From IMG/VR virus record IMGVR_UViG_3300048858_000123, positions 1-43,211 of that record: a stretch of 43,211 nt of DNA; one strand, given 5' to 3'. The translations under genes were made by a program, and so were the position numbers. Below the pieces are notes generated by a model. It did no database searches. It saw only the letters and a program-made list of their open reading frames with translations, and had not been told where the DNA came from. Positions 10,174-18,103 of the stretch are shown piece after piece. The stretch comes from a virus. Taxonomy: Duplodnaviria; Caudoviricetes. The stretch's first letter is position 1, and every line of letters begins with the position of its first letter.

Positions 10174-10839
10174 TTACGCCGCCTGCTTCTCAGGGGTAAT
10201 TTCGACGCCGGGCATGTCGCGCACGCCGGCTGCGACCTTCTGCCGCACCAGCTCGTTGAGCATGTCAGCCAGATCCTCGGGGTATCGCTCCTTGACGTGC
10301 TTCAGCAGCTCACCCCGGCTAACGATGCGATGCGACCAGCGGGTGCGCAGGCCGCTTGAGGTGCGATCCAGCTTGTTCGCCACGGCGGTCAGCTTCTTCG
10401 CGCCCTTGAGCTTCTGCTCTGCCTCGAAGCGCTCTTCCATGTCGTCGGACGAGCGCAGAGCCTCCTGCGCCTCGCGCTGCTGCTGTTCCGCAGCTTCGCG
10501 TGCCTGCCGCGCTTCCTCGTCGCGGGCGCGCTGCTTGCCTTCCCGATAGGGCGTCAGCAGCCTCTTGATCTGGAGTGCTGCCATGTCGCAGCGATCGAGC
10601 AGCGGCTTCCACTTGGCCTGCACTGCCTTGGCGGCGTCATCGTGGGGCTTCTTCTCGGTCGCCCGCTCGGTACCAGCGTCCTTCTTCGCCCGCCGAAGGT
10701 CATCGAGCAGATTGTCGAGCGCTTCCTCAGTGCCGTCGTCTTCCACCGCGCCGGCGCCGTTGGCCATCGTGAACAGGTCTTCGATGTGCAGCGAGTGGGC
10801 GTCGAAAGCCGGCGGGTTGTTGTGCCCCGGCCCGGTCAC
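10174..10839 (-). CDS. Coiled-coil phage protein of the recombination module
   Basis: GHNNPP N-terminus, long charged helix, C-terminal MPGVEI; function not assignable. Confidence 0.6.
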   Translation of the reverse strand: MTGPGHNNPPAFDAHSLHIEDLFTMANGAGAVEDDGTEEALDNLLDDLRRAKKDAGTERATEKKPHDDAAKAVQAKWKPLLDRCDMAALQIKRLLTPYREGKQRARDEEARQAREAAEQQQREAQEALRSSDDMEERFEAEQKLKGAKKLTAVANKLDRTSSGLRTRWSHRIVSRGELLKHVKERYPEDLADMLNELVRQKVAAGVRDMPGVEITPEKQAA

Positions 10840-11039
10840 GCCTGCCCCCGCGCGTTGGCGAAGGCCTCGCCCACGGTCTTGCCGCAGCCCATCCTGTCGC
10901 CGGTGATGTAGACGCTGAAGTTATCGCCAAGCTGGGCAATGCGCAGGACGCCGTTGCGCCGCATGAAGCTGGTGAGGTCGAAGCCCTCGTGACCATCATC
11001 CGCGATCGCGGGAGGTCTGATTTTCGTGATTGCGTTCAC
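10836..11039 (-). CDS. Hypothetical protein, first gene after PL
   Basis: RBS GGAGA, GTG start, coupled to the next ORF. Confidence 0.6.
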   Translation of the reverse strand: MNAITKIRPPAIADDGHEGFDLTSFMRRNGVLRIAQLGDNFSVYITGDRMGCGKTVGEAFANARGQA

Positions 11040-11078
11040 GGGTGATCTCCAGAGGGCGCTGTGCCCTGCTGGAAATAG

Positions 11079-11121
11079 TGCTACGCATATCGTAGCTATT
11101 GGTCAATACGAAAATCGTAGC
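11079..11121 (-). promoter_or_regulatory. PL promoter with two operators
   Basis: GCTACG-catat-CGTAGC (11080-11096) and ATACG-aaaat-CGTAGC; minus strand TTGACC-17 bp-TAGCAC. GTCAATACGAAAATCGTAGC (11102-11121) is identical to 7465-7484. Confidence 0.82.
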
Positions 11122-11163
11122 AGGAAATCACTTTCCTACATCCGTCCAGATCCCCATTTATCG

Positions 11164-11178
11164 GAACAGAATGAGAAC
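11164..11178 (+). promoter_or_regulatory. Alphaproteobacterial LexA (SOS) box
   Basis: GAAC-AGAATGA-GAAC (GAAC-N7-GAAC), 12 bp upstream of ATG 11191. Confidence 0.78.
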
Positions 11179-11190
11179 AGAGGCGAATCG

Positions 11191-11490
11191 ATGAAGCGGG
11201 TCAGACTGCCTAGTCCAGAATGCGAAGGCGGTTGTTCGCCCTGCTACCTCGATTGCGCGATGACGCGCATGGCGATCAGTTCATTAGCTCGCGAAATCGA
11301 GTTACTGATGCGCGAGCAGCCGCCGAGACGACATCGGCACTGGCCTGACTGGTGGGAGAACCGCCGAGCATGCCAAGACCATATGCAAACGCTTCAGCTA
11401 AGGCTCTCCGAGATTGATCCGTCATCCGACCAGGTGGCGGAGCGATCGGCAGCAGCGCGTCTAGTAAGGGCTCCAGAGCGTCTGCACTGA
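11191..11490 (+). CDS. Candidate SOS-induced antirepressor, antisense-overlapping cI
   Basis: LexA box, GAGG RBS 7 nt before the ATG, 99 aa with CX3CX2CX3C (CEGGCSPCYLDC) followed by a helical region; 215 nt overlap with cI on the opposite strand. Confidence 0.55.
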   Translation: MKRVRLPSPECEGGCSPCYLDCAMTRMAISSLAREIELLMREQPPRRHRHWPDWWENRRACQDHMQTLQLRLSEIDPSSDQVAERSAAARLVRAPERLH

Positions 11491-11692
11491 AGGTCTGGGC
11501 GCCGCCAAGCTCTAAACCATAGCGCTCTACAAGCAGCTTCATCTCATCGATTTTGATAGCACGCTTGCCGGTGAATATCTCTGCAACTCGCGAGCTGGGC
11601 AGCTTGAGAAGGCGTTGAAGGTCAGCGTTTTTCACGATCCCCTGTTCGCGGAGTCGTTCCAGTTCGGAAATCAGGCCTTTTGAATCAAGCAT
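11276..11692 (-). CDS. CI-like prophage repressor (HTH, no S24 peptidase domain)
   Basis: HTH KNADLQRLLKLPSSRVAEIFTGKRAIKIDE; divergent from the cro-like gene across operator sites; 138 aa from ATG 11692. Confidence 0.82.
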   Translation of the reverse strand: MLDSKGLISELERLREQGIVKNADLQRLLKLPSSRVAEIFTGKRAIKIDEMKLLVERYGLELGGAQTFSADALEPLLDALLPIAPPPGRMTDQSRRALAEAFAYGLGMLGGSPTSQASADVVSAAARASVTRFRELMN

Positions 11693-11784
11693 GCCTGATT
11701 TTAGGCGAAATCCTCGTACTGCGTCCGCAACGAACATCGTACTAAGCACTTGCGTTGCCGCTACGTTTATCGTAGCACTGCCGT
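11693..11784. promoter_or_regulatory. OR region: PR and PRM with operators
   Basis: GCTACG-tttat-CGTAGC (11760-11776), GCAACG-aacat-CGTACT (11727-11743), weak third site 11704-11720. PR is TTGCGT-17 bp-TAGCAC; minus-strand TAAAAT lies 5 nt before the cI ATG. Confidence 0.78.
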
Positions 11785-12000
11785 ATGAAGACAGCAGCGG
11801 ACATCATCGAAGTGCTCGACGGCGCGGCGTCTATCGCCCGCAAGACGGGCTTCCCCCTTAGCACGGTTGCAAGCTGGAAAGCGGCCAACTTCATTCCTGA
11901 GTGGCGCCGGCCCGCGCTTATCAAGCTGGGCAAGGGCAAGATCCGCGCTGAAGATTTCCCGCCCGAGACCGCACGGGTTTCCCGGAAGCAGGCGGCATGA
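11785..12000 (+). CDS. Cro-like HTH protein
   Basis: IIEVLDGAASIARKTGFPLSTVASWKAANFIP; 71 aa; divergent from cI. Confidence 0.82.
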   Translation: MKTAADIIEVLDGAASIARKTGFPLSTVASWKAANFIPEWRRPALIKLGKGKIRAEDFPPETARVSRKQAA

Positions 12001-12131
12001 AGCGTCTCCTCGCTCATATGCGTGAATGGTCCAAGCGGACTGCAACGACGACTGACATCATCCTAGCGGTGGCAACAACGATTGTCGGACTGCTTGTTGG
12101 CATGATGGTGCTGGAGGCGATCCGGTCATGA
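11997..12131 (+). CDS. 44-aa single-TM protein (not in the ORF track)
   Basis: ATGA-coupled at both ends; [19 protein letters not shown]. Confidence 0.5.
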   Translation: MKRLLAHMREWSKRTATTTDIILAVATTIVGLLVGMMVLEAIRS

Positions 12132-12430
12132 TCGGCCTCACCCATAAGCAGAGAGACTGCCTCTCCTTCATCCAGAGCTACACCGATGAACACGGTGCCT
12201 CGCCCAGCTTCGAGGAGATGAAGGCGGGCCTCGGGCTCAAGAGCAAAAGCGGTGTTCACCGTCTTCTCGATGCCTTGGAAGAGCGCGGTCATATCCGCCG
12301 GATGCCCTGGCGCGCTCGGGCGATCGAGGTGGTCACGGCTAACCCGCTTGCTGGCGTGTCGACTGCCGACTTGCTGGCTGAGATCGAGCGTCGGCGCCCC
12401 GGCCTCGCAGCAATGGCGCTGGCAGCATGA
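12128..12430 (+). CDS. Truncated LexA-like protein (DNA-binding domain only)
   Basis: LTHKQ...[44 protein letters not shown] closely follows the alphaproteobacterial LexA N-terminus; no peptidase domain in 100 aa. Confidence 0.85.
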   Translation: MIGLTHKQRDCLSFIQSYTDEHGASPSFEEMKAGLGLKSKSGVHRLLDALEERGHIRRMPWRARAIEVVTANPLAGVSTADLLAEIERRRPGLAAMALAA

Positions 12431-12663
12431 GCGTCGGTTGGCAGGTTGGCGACCGCGCCATGTGCATCGACGATCGGTGGCTTGGAGACGAGTATCTCGA
12501 AGTTGGCCGGGTATACCACGTAACCGGCGTCCTGAACGATGGTGCCGGACTGACGCTGGCTGAGTTCACGCCCCCAGAGGGGTATCGCGGAGTTCGCGCT
12601 TCCCGGTTCCACCGCATCCCCGAGGGCATGACGTACGCGCAGTCTGTGGGAGGGCTTCTCTAG
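12427..12663 (+). CDS. Hypothetical protein (small beta-rich)
   Basis: ATGA coupling; [12 protein letters not shown]...LEVGRVYHV. Confidence 0.6.
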   Translation: MSVGWQVGDRAMCIDDRWLGDEYLEVGRVYHVTGVLNDGAGLTLAEFTPPEGYRGVRASRFHRIPEGMTYAQSVGGLL

Positions 12664-12912
12664 ATGGCCCATCCCGACAGCGTCCTGATCCGCCGCATGC
12701 TCTGCGGCCCAATCGGCGGCGCTAAACTCCACAAACTGAGCCCGCCCGCCCACAACCCTGCGAGCGATCTCACCAAAGCAACGCGCGTCGCTGCGGCGCG
12801 CATCGATGCTGACGCCTTCGTCAGCAACCTCGCGCCGGTCGCGTCTCCCCTCAGCCCCCCGATCGCGACCGGCGCCCCTTGTTACCCGTTTCCCCATACG
12901 GAGGATTACTAA
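12664..12912 (+). CDS. Hypothetical protein
   Basis: Abuts both neighbours (TAATG overlap at the 3' end). Confidence 0.4.
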   Translation: MAHPDSVLIRRMLCGPIGGAKLHKLSPPAHNPASDLTKATRVAAARIDADAFVSNLAPVASPLSPPIATGAPCYPFPHTEDY

Positions 12913-13373
12913 TGGCCCAGATTGGCCAAGTCCGTCCTGCTGCACCTGCGAAGTCGGACGTATCTGACGCTCTGGCGGTAGGCTGGGCACGCGCATCGCG
13001 AACGCTCGGCAAGGGCGCGATGGCGGACTCGATCGGTGCAAGCACGAAGACCATCGACCGTGCTCTGACTGGCGAGACGCTGCCCGAGCTGCATACCGCA
13101 TTGGCGAGCCTTCATGCCGAAGAGAGCGCGCTGGACGAGGTATTCGCCCTCTACGGCTTCGAGCGCCCTCGCCGAAAGAACGCCCAGGCCGCGAACGATC
13201 TTGCAACCGTGTCCGGTCTGTCCGCCGTGGTGTCTCACTTCTGCGAGGCGCTTTCGGACGGCAGCCGCGATCACGTCGAGACGCTCGAACTGGCTGAGAT
13301 GGTCCGCAAGGTCATGCCTTCGCTGACCGCCATTCTAGATGACGCTGCTCGCCTGCGCGGGGTGGCGGCATGA
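12912..13373 (+). CDS. CII-like HTH regulator
   Basis: GKGAMADSIGASTKTIDRALTGETLP HTH; RBS GAGGA; position downstream of cro. Confidence 0.55.
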   Translation: MAQIGQVRPAAPAKSDVSDALAVGWARASRTLGKGAMADSIGASTKTIDRALTGETLPELHTALASLHAEESALDEVFALYGFERPRRKNAQAANDLATVSGLSAVVSHFCEALSDGSRDHVETLELAEMVRKVMPSLTAILDDAARLRGVAA

Positions 13374-13708
13374 GGGACTATAACTTCGCCTGTGGCCATC
13401 GCCGCACCCCCGGCAACATCAGCGGCAGAATCACTCCGCGCTGCAAGACGTGCGAGAACACTCAACGCGCTCGCCGCAAGGGCAAGGTAAAGGGCGGTTC
13501 TCAGCTCCAGTACGCCCCGCCCAAGGCCGGCAGCAGTGCCAAGTTGTACACCGATGCTGCTCGTCAAGACGAAGGCATCCTCGGGTTCGACAGCTGGCTC
13601 ACCAGCCTTCCGGAAGGGTCTCAAGCTCTGCTGGAAGCAATCTACCGGGCTCACCCATACGTGTTCGATGCTGCTGAGCGCGCCGGCAGACGGGTGGTGC
13701 GCCCGTGA
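13370..13708 (+). CDS. Hypothetical protein with CGH...CxxC motif
   Basis: Coupled ORF; putative Zn ligands. Confidence 0.55.
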   Translation: MRDYNFACGHRRTPGNISGRITPRCKTCENTQRARRKGKVKGGSQLQYAPPKAGSSAKLYTDAARQDEGILGFDSWLTSLPEGSQALLEAIYRAHPYVFDAAERAGRRVVRP

Positions 13709-14046
13709 TTGTATTGCCGTTCCCGCACAAGGCCCTTTGGCCGAATGGTCGCGCCCACTTCATGACGAAAGCTCGTGAGGTGAAGAAGCACCGTGAGTGG
13801 GCTCGTGTCGCCACGATGGCTGCGATCTCACGGTCGTTCCAGTGGAACGGCGAGCCGATCAGGATCCGCTACACTGTCACGCCCAAGACCGCGCATGCGA
13901 TCGATCGCGACAACTGCGTAGCCGCCATGAAGTCCTACCAGGACGGGATCGCTGCGGCACTCGGCGTGGACGACCGCGCGTTCGCCGTTCCCGAGATCAT
14001 CTTCGCCAAGCCGAAGAAGCCGGGCGGCATCGAGGTATCCCTGTGA
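13705..14046 (+). CDS. rusA: RusA-like Holliday junction resolvase
   Basis: DRDNCVAAMKSYQDGIAAALGVDD matches the DxDN..K...D...DD pattern. Confidence 0.78.
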   Translation: MIVLPFPHKALWPNGRAHFMTKAREVKKHREWARVATMAAISRSFQWNGEPIRIRYTVTPKTAHAIDRDNCVAAMKSYQDGIAAALGVDDRAFAVPEIIFAKPKKPGGIEVSL

Positions 14047-14123
14047 AATTCGCCGGAGCGGTGTGGGCCACGCTCCGAGGAAAGCGAAACGCGGCCCGTC
14101 ACGAAGTCGAAGAGGAATCTACA

Positions 14124-14981
14124 ATGGCTACGCAGCTTTTTCAACCGCCCCACGGCTCTCCCGCGTGGTTCCATCACATGGTGTCGGCATCGCAGGACAC
14201 CGTCCTGACCGATGTAGTGAACCTGACGCCCGAGTTGGCATCCGAACTGCTCAAGAATAACGATCGCAATCGTAGCGTCCGGCAGACCAAGGTACAGCAG
14301 TACGCAACTGACATCGTCGCAGGTCGCTGGGTCTTCAATGGCGAGCCGCTGATCGTATCGAAGAACGGCCTTCTGAACGACGGGCAGCACCGTGCCTACG
14401 CCGTGATCGACTCCAATTCGCCAATCAGCACGCTGATCGTATTTGGGGTGGACCGGGATAGCCGCACGACTGTCGATCAGGGCGGTGCGCGTGGCGCAAG
14501 CGACTACGCGCAGATGGAAGGCGTCCTGAACGCAGCATCTGCAACGTCGATCGCGCGCATGGTGATGGCCTACGAGCGGACAGATGGGCAGCACCTGTCG
14601 AAAACCAAGGAAGTCACGAACGCCGAGATTATGGCGCGGATTGCCAGTGATCCTAAGATCGGAGACGCCGCGCACTTCGCCGTGTCGACAGCTCGGCACG
14701 CGAGCAAGTTCGCAGCCGGGACGGTGCTCGGCTTCTGCTTCTACGTCCTGACCCGCATTCATCGTGGCGAGGCCGAGCGCTATCTAGAGCAGGTGTGCAT
14801 CGGAGAGGGGCTGAGGCGTGGTGACCCGGCCCATACGGTTCGGGAGAAGCTGCTCGACGAAGGTAAGTCGCGTGACCGCAAGGCCTCGATCATCTTCCGG
14901 GGGTGGAACTTCAACCGTCGCGGTCGGAAGGTGCAGCCTAACGGATTGAAGTCGACGCTCCCGTTCCCGGCTCTGATCTAA
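14124..14981 (+). CDS. ParB/Srx-superfamily protein with DGQHR motif
   Basis: NRSVRQTKVQQYATDIVAGRW..NGEPLIV...LNDGQHR; RBS GAGGA before ATG 14124. Confidence 0.7.
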   Translation: MATQLFQPPHGSPAWFHHMVSASQDTVLTDVVNLTPELASELLKNNDRNRSVRQTKVQQYATDIVAGRWVFNGEPLIVSKNGLLNDGQHRAYAVIDSNSPISTLIVFGVDRDSRTTVDQGGARGASDYAQMEGVLNAASATSIARMVMAYERTDGQHLSKTKEVTNAEIMARIASDPKIGDAAHFAVSTARHASKFAAGTVLGFCFYVLTRIHRGEAERYLEQVCIGEGLRRGDPAHTVREKLLDEGKSRDRKASIIFRGWNFNRRGRKVQPNGLKSTLPFPALI

Positions 14982-15670
14982 TGCAGTCGCACTCCATACG
15001 CGTTGACGACATCGTAATTGGGGAGCGCCACCGCGCGCTCTCCGAGGATGCCGTGCAACGCCTCGCCGGCTCGATGAAGGACATCGGCCTTCTACAGCCT
15101 GTGACAGTTCGCATCGCCGACGAGATGATGCTCGATGGTGAGCTTACCGCTGGTGTGCCGGTGCTGGTGGCGGGTGGCCATCGCCTTGCCGCTGCCAAGC
15201 AGCTTGGCTGGTCGCACGTCGACTGCGTCGAAGTCGCTGACGACGATATTACGGCAGAGCTTTGTGAGATCGCGGAGAACCTTCATCGCCACGATCTTAC
15301 CAAGGATCAGCGCGACCAGCACATCCGTCGCTATGCGGAGTTGTTGGAGCGCAGAGCCGCAGAGGATAGGATTGTCCCGCAAAATGCGGAACAAATGCCG
15401 CGCCCTCGGGGCCGGCCCGTCAGCGTCACGACGCAGATCGCTGAAGCCACTGGCTTAAGTGATGACACTGTCCGGCGCGCTCTCAATCCGAAGCCTACGC
15501 CGCGACCACAGCTAGTCGAGGTAAAGGACGACTACGACGTGATCGGCGCTCAAGCCGATGCGATCGTGCGCGCTTGGAACCGTGCCTGCCCTGAGGCGCG
15601 TGCGCTGGCCATGGAACAGATCGAAGGCCCGGTGATGGACCACGCTATGGTAGGAGCTGTGGGCCGGTGA
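14981..15670 (+). CDS. ParB N-terminal domain protein with HTH
   Basis: GLLQPVTV, LVAGGHRLAAAKQLGW, ENLHRHDLT, then HTH IAEATGLSDDTVRRAL. Confidence 0.82.
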   Translation: MQSHSIRVDDIVIGERHRALSEDAVQRLAGSMKDIGLLQPVTVRIADEMMLDGELTAGVPVLVAGGHRLAAAKQLGWSHVDCVEVADDDITAELCEIAENLHRHDLTKDQRDQHIRRYAELLERRAAEDRIVPQNAEQMPRPRGRPVSVTTQIAEATGLSDDTVRRALNPKPTPRPQLVEVKDDYDVIGAQADAIVRAWNRACPEARALAMEQIEGPVMDHAMVGAVGR

Positions 15671-16380
15671 GCGACCTTCTTACACGCCTAATACAAGCCG
15701 GCACTCCCGCCGATCTCGTTGCTGAGGTCGCGCGGGAGCTTGCCCGGGCTGAGGTGACGCAAGAAGCTATCGAGCAGCGCCGCGCTAAGGATCGGGACCG
15801 CCAAGCTCGGCGCAGGGAAGCACAGGCCGAACAACCAGTCTGTCGCGTGACGTCACGTGACACCGCGGATGTCACGACGCCGGGTTCCCTTTCCCTCCTC
15901 CCCAATGAGAATAAATCTAACCCTACCACCCATACCCTCCCGGAGAGAGATACCCCGCGTACATGCGAGGCTCGTCCGGTTTCTGACGACTGCGCAGCGG
16001 TCATGTCGAGCTGGAACGAGATGGCATCGGCTACCAGCCTTCCTGCCTGCCAGAAGCTCAGCCCTGCCCGCCGCAAAGCCTGCCAAGCCCGGCTTCGGGA
16101 CGACGGCTTGGCCGCGATCCAGCAAGCGATCCAGCGAGTGCCGAACAGCGCATTTCTCCGCGGCGAGACCGGAAGCTGGTCTGGCGCGAACATCGATTTC
16201 CTCCTCCGCCCCGACACCGTGACCAAAATCCTGGAAGGCAAGTACGATGACCGACCTGTCCAATCCGCCACGAGTTCCCCGGAAGCTTGGCGAGGTGCTG
16301 CCCGCCCTGTCGACAATCGCGACGGTTTCACCCGGGCAATCGACGAACTCGCATTCAGCGCTGGCGGTTCGCCTCACTGA
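15667..16380 (+). CDS. Putative phage replication initiator
   Basis: Typical layout: DRDRQARRR, low-complexity linker, C-terminal WNE...WSGANIDFLLRPDTVTKILEGKYDD. Confidence 0.65.
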   Translation: MSDLLTRLIQAGTPADLVAEVARELARAEVTQEAIEQRRAKDRDRQARRREAQAEQPVCRVTSRDTADVTTPGSLSLLPNENKSNPTTHTLPERDTPRTCEARPVSDDCAAVMSSWNEMASATSLPACQKLSPARRKACQARLRDDGLAAIQQAIQRVPNSAFLRGETGSWSGANIDFLLRPDTVTKILEGKYDDRPVQSATSSPEAWRGAARPVDNRDGFTRAIDELAFSAGGSPH

Positions 16381-17002
16381 CAGCCAGCTTGCCGCTGCCG
16401 AGGCCATCGCCGCCGCGCCGCTGCCTGCCCTGGTCACCGCCGACACGCAGTTCTTCGCGCAGTGCCTCCGCTTGCTGGACACCCTGCCGCGCCGGAAGGA
16501 CGACGATGTCGGAGGGCAACTGCGGGTCCGCGCCTACGAGCTGGCGATCGGGACGCGTTCTCGAGCCGAGCTGGAGTTCATGGTCACCCATGCCCTGCGC
16601 AACTGCAAGTTCTTCCCCAGCACCTCCGAGTGCGTCGAGATCCTGTCGCGCTGGTCGCGTGATGACGAGGCGGTGAAGGAGCGCAACCGCGCCGAGACGG
16701 CTGCCCGCCATGAGCGCCAGGCTCGCTTCGACGAGGCCATGCGCTGGCTTGCCCGCGGCGAGTGCGACCAGGCTGAGATCGACGCCCTGCCGCAGCGCTG
16801 GAAAGAAATGGCCCTGACCTATGGCCACCTTCAGCGCGATGACGATGGGCGGTTTGTGCTGCGCTCTACAGTCCCCCCACCCGAGCCGGAGAACACCGCG
16901 CGCGCGGCGCCTCGCTGCACAAACTGCCAAGACATCGGCCGCATCCTGACGCTTGAGGGCGAGGAAGCCGACTGCCCGGCCTGCGCCATGGTGTCGGCGT
17001 GA
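16247..17002 (+). CDS. Putative replication accessory/helicase loader-like protein
   Basis: Follows the initiator; CKFFPSTSEC motif; C-terminal CxxC...CxxC. Confidence 0.55.
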   Translation: MTDLSNPPRVPRKLGEVLPALSTIATVSPGQSTNSHSALAVRLTDSQLAAAEAIAAAPLPALVTADTQFFAQCLRLLDTLPRRKDDDVGGQLRVRAYELAIGTRSRAELEFMVTHALRNCKFFPSTSECVEILSRWSRDDEAVKERNRAETAARHERQARFDEAMRWLARGECDQAEIDALPQRWKEMALTYGHLQRDDDGRFVLRSTVPPPEPENTARAAPRCTNCQDIGRILTLEGEEADCPACAMVSA

Positions 17003-17146
17003 CGCGACCTGCGAAAGCGATCGAAGCCCAACGGGCGGAGATGCGTAGCAGCTCCGTTCACGAGAGCGCGGTGCCGCTGTGCGGCATTCGCCCTGAACAC
17101 GGCTCCACCCACCAAGCAGGTCTACACCCACAGAGGAGAAGCGCTG

Positions 17147-17413
17147 ATGGCTGACCGCATGACCATCAACGACACCCTAGCCGAACGCGGTGGATGGCAG
17201 CCGATGACAATCGACCCGCCCAAGGATGCGCCGTTTCTGACAGCGATCCCGCACAACGGACGCTGGATCTACGACATCGCCGAGTGGGACGAGGAGTATC
17301 AAGCGTACTTCAACCATGGTTGCGGGATGGATCTAGTCACTCGCTGGCACGCCTTCACACCTTTGCCGATCGCCGCCCCTGACGAACGCGCTGGCACGGG
17401 AGAACAGGGCTAA
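17147..17413 (+). CDS. DUF551-like small phage protein
   Basis: WQPMTIDPPKD...VTRWHAFTPLP; RBS GAGGAG. Confidence 0.6.
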   Translation: MADRMTINDTLAERGGWQPMTIDPPKDAPFLTAIPHNGRWIYDIAEWDEEYQAYFNHGCGMDLVTRWHAFTPLPIAAPDERAGTGEQG

Positions 17414-17604
17414 TGTGCCGGCACATCGAAACGCTTGTGGAGGACGGCGGACCTCGCAATCCTTGGCGGGGCTACACCTTCTGCGCTGACTGCGGCGAAA
17501 CTGTGGGAGCGAAGTGGCGGCGGAAGATCGACGATGTCTGCGAGAGCCATTGGAACTTCCGGCCGCATCGCACCAAGCGTGGTACCCAAGGGGACAAGCC
17601 GTGA
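17413..17604 (+). CDS. Small Zn-binding hypothetical protein
   Basis: CRH...CADCG; TAATG coupling. Confidence 0.5.
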   Translation: MCRHIETLVEDGGPRNPWRGYTFCADCGETVGAKWRRKIDDVCESHWNFRPHRTKRGTQGDKP

Positions 17605-17876
17605 CCGACATCACGCAGAGCGATCGGCTTTGCTGCCATTGCCGGTTCTTCCACGGCATGAACCAGCGCGATCTGTGCTTGGTGCGCCGTAGCTATGATC
17701 CGGTGCGAGGCAGCAAGACTGATCCGAAGTGGGCGCCTGCAATGCGCTCAGGCGGCTTCCTGGGGCTGTTCAAGGGCGAATGTGGACCCGAGGGTAGGCT
17801 GTGGGAGCAGAACCCGCCGAGCACGCCTCCTACGGGCGGCAGCGCTGTAAGCCGACCAGCGAGGCCATCACGATGA
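17601..17876 (+). CDS. Cys-rich hypothetical protein
   Basis: GTGA coupling; CCHCRFF...CGPEGRLWE. Confidence 0.55.
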   Translation: MTDITQSDRLCCHCRFFHGMNQRDLCLVRRSYDPVRGSKTDPKWAPAMRSGGFLGLFKGECGPEGRLWEQNPPSTPPTGGSAVSRPARPSR

Positions 17877-18100
17877 CCGACAGCATTGAGGTTGAGACCG
17901 TGGCCGAGGTGCCTGCCGTGCATCGCCAGTGCGTCCAGGTCGCAGCTTATCCGGCCACTGAGGATGAGCCTGCGGGCATCCAGCTAAGCCAGGCGCGTCA
18001 GGGCTGGGGCGATCTTCAGTTCATCAGCTTCCCGGCTGACAAGGCTGAGGAAGTCATCGCGGCCATCCGCACACTCGCGAACCACAACCAGGAGGGATAG
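17873..18100 (+). CDS. Hypothetical protein
   Basis: ATGA coupling. Confidence 0.55.
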   Translation: MTDSIEVETVAEVPAVHRQCVQVAAYPATEDEPAGIQLSQARQGWGDLQFISFPADKAEEVIAAIRTLANHNQEG

Positions 18101-18103
18101 CCG

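Noticed and set aside
11026-11190. 5' extension of the antisense ORF to 154 aa
   Set aside because: Runs through the PL operators; the LexA box and RBS point to ATG 11191
16247-16380. Frameshift fusion of the two replication ORFs
   Set aside because: The 134-nt overlap has no clear slippery heptamer and the second ORF has its own ATG with a purine-rich upstream sequence
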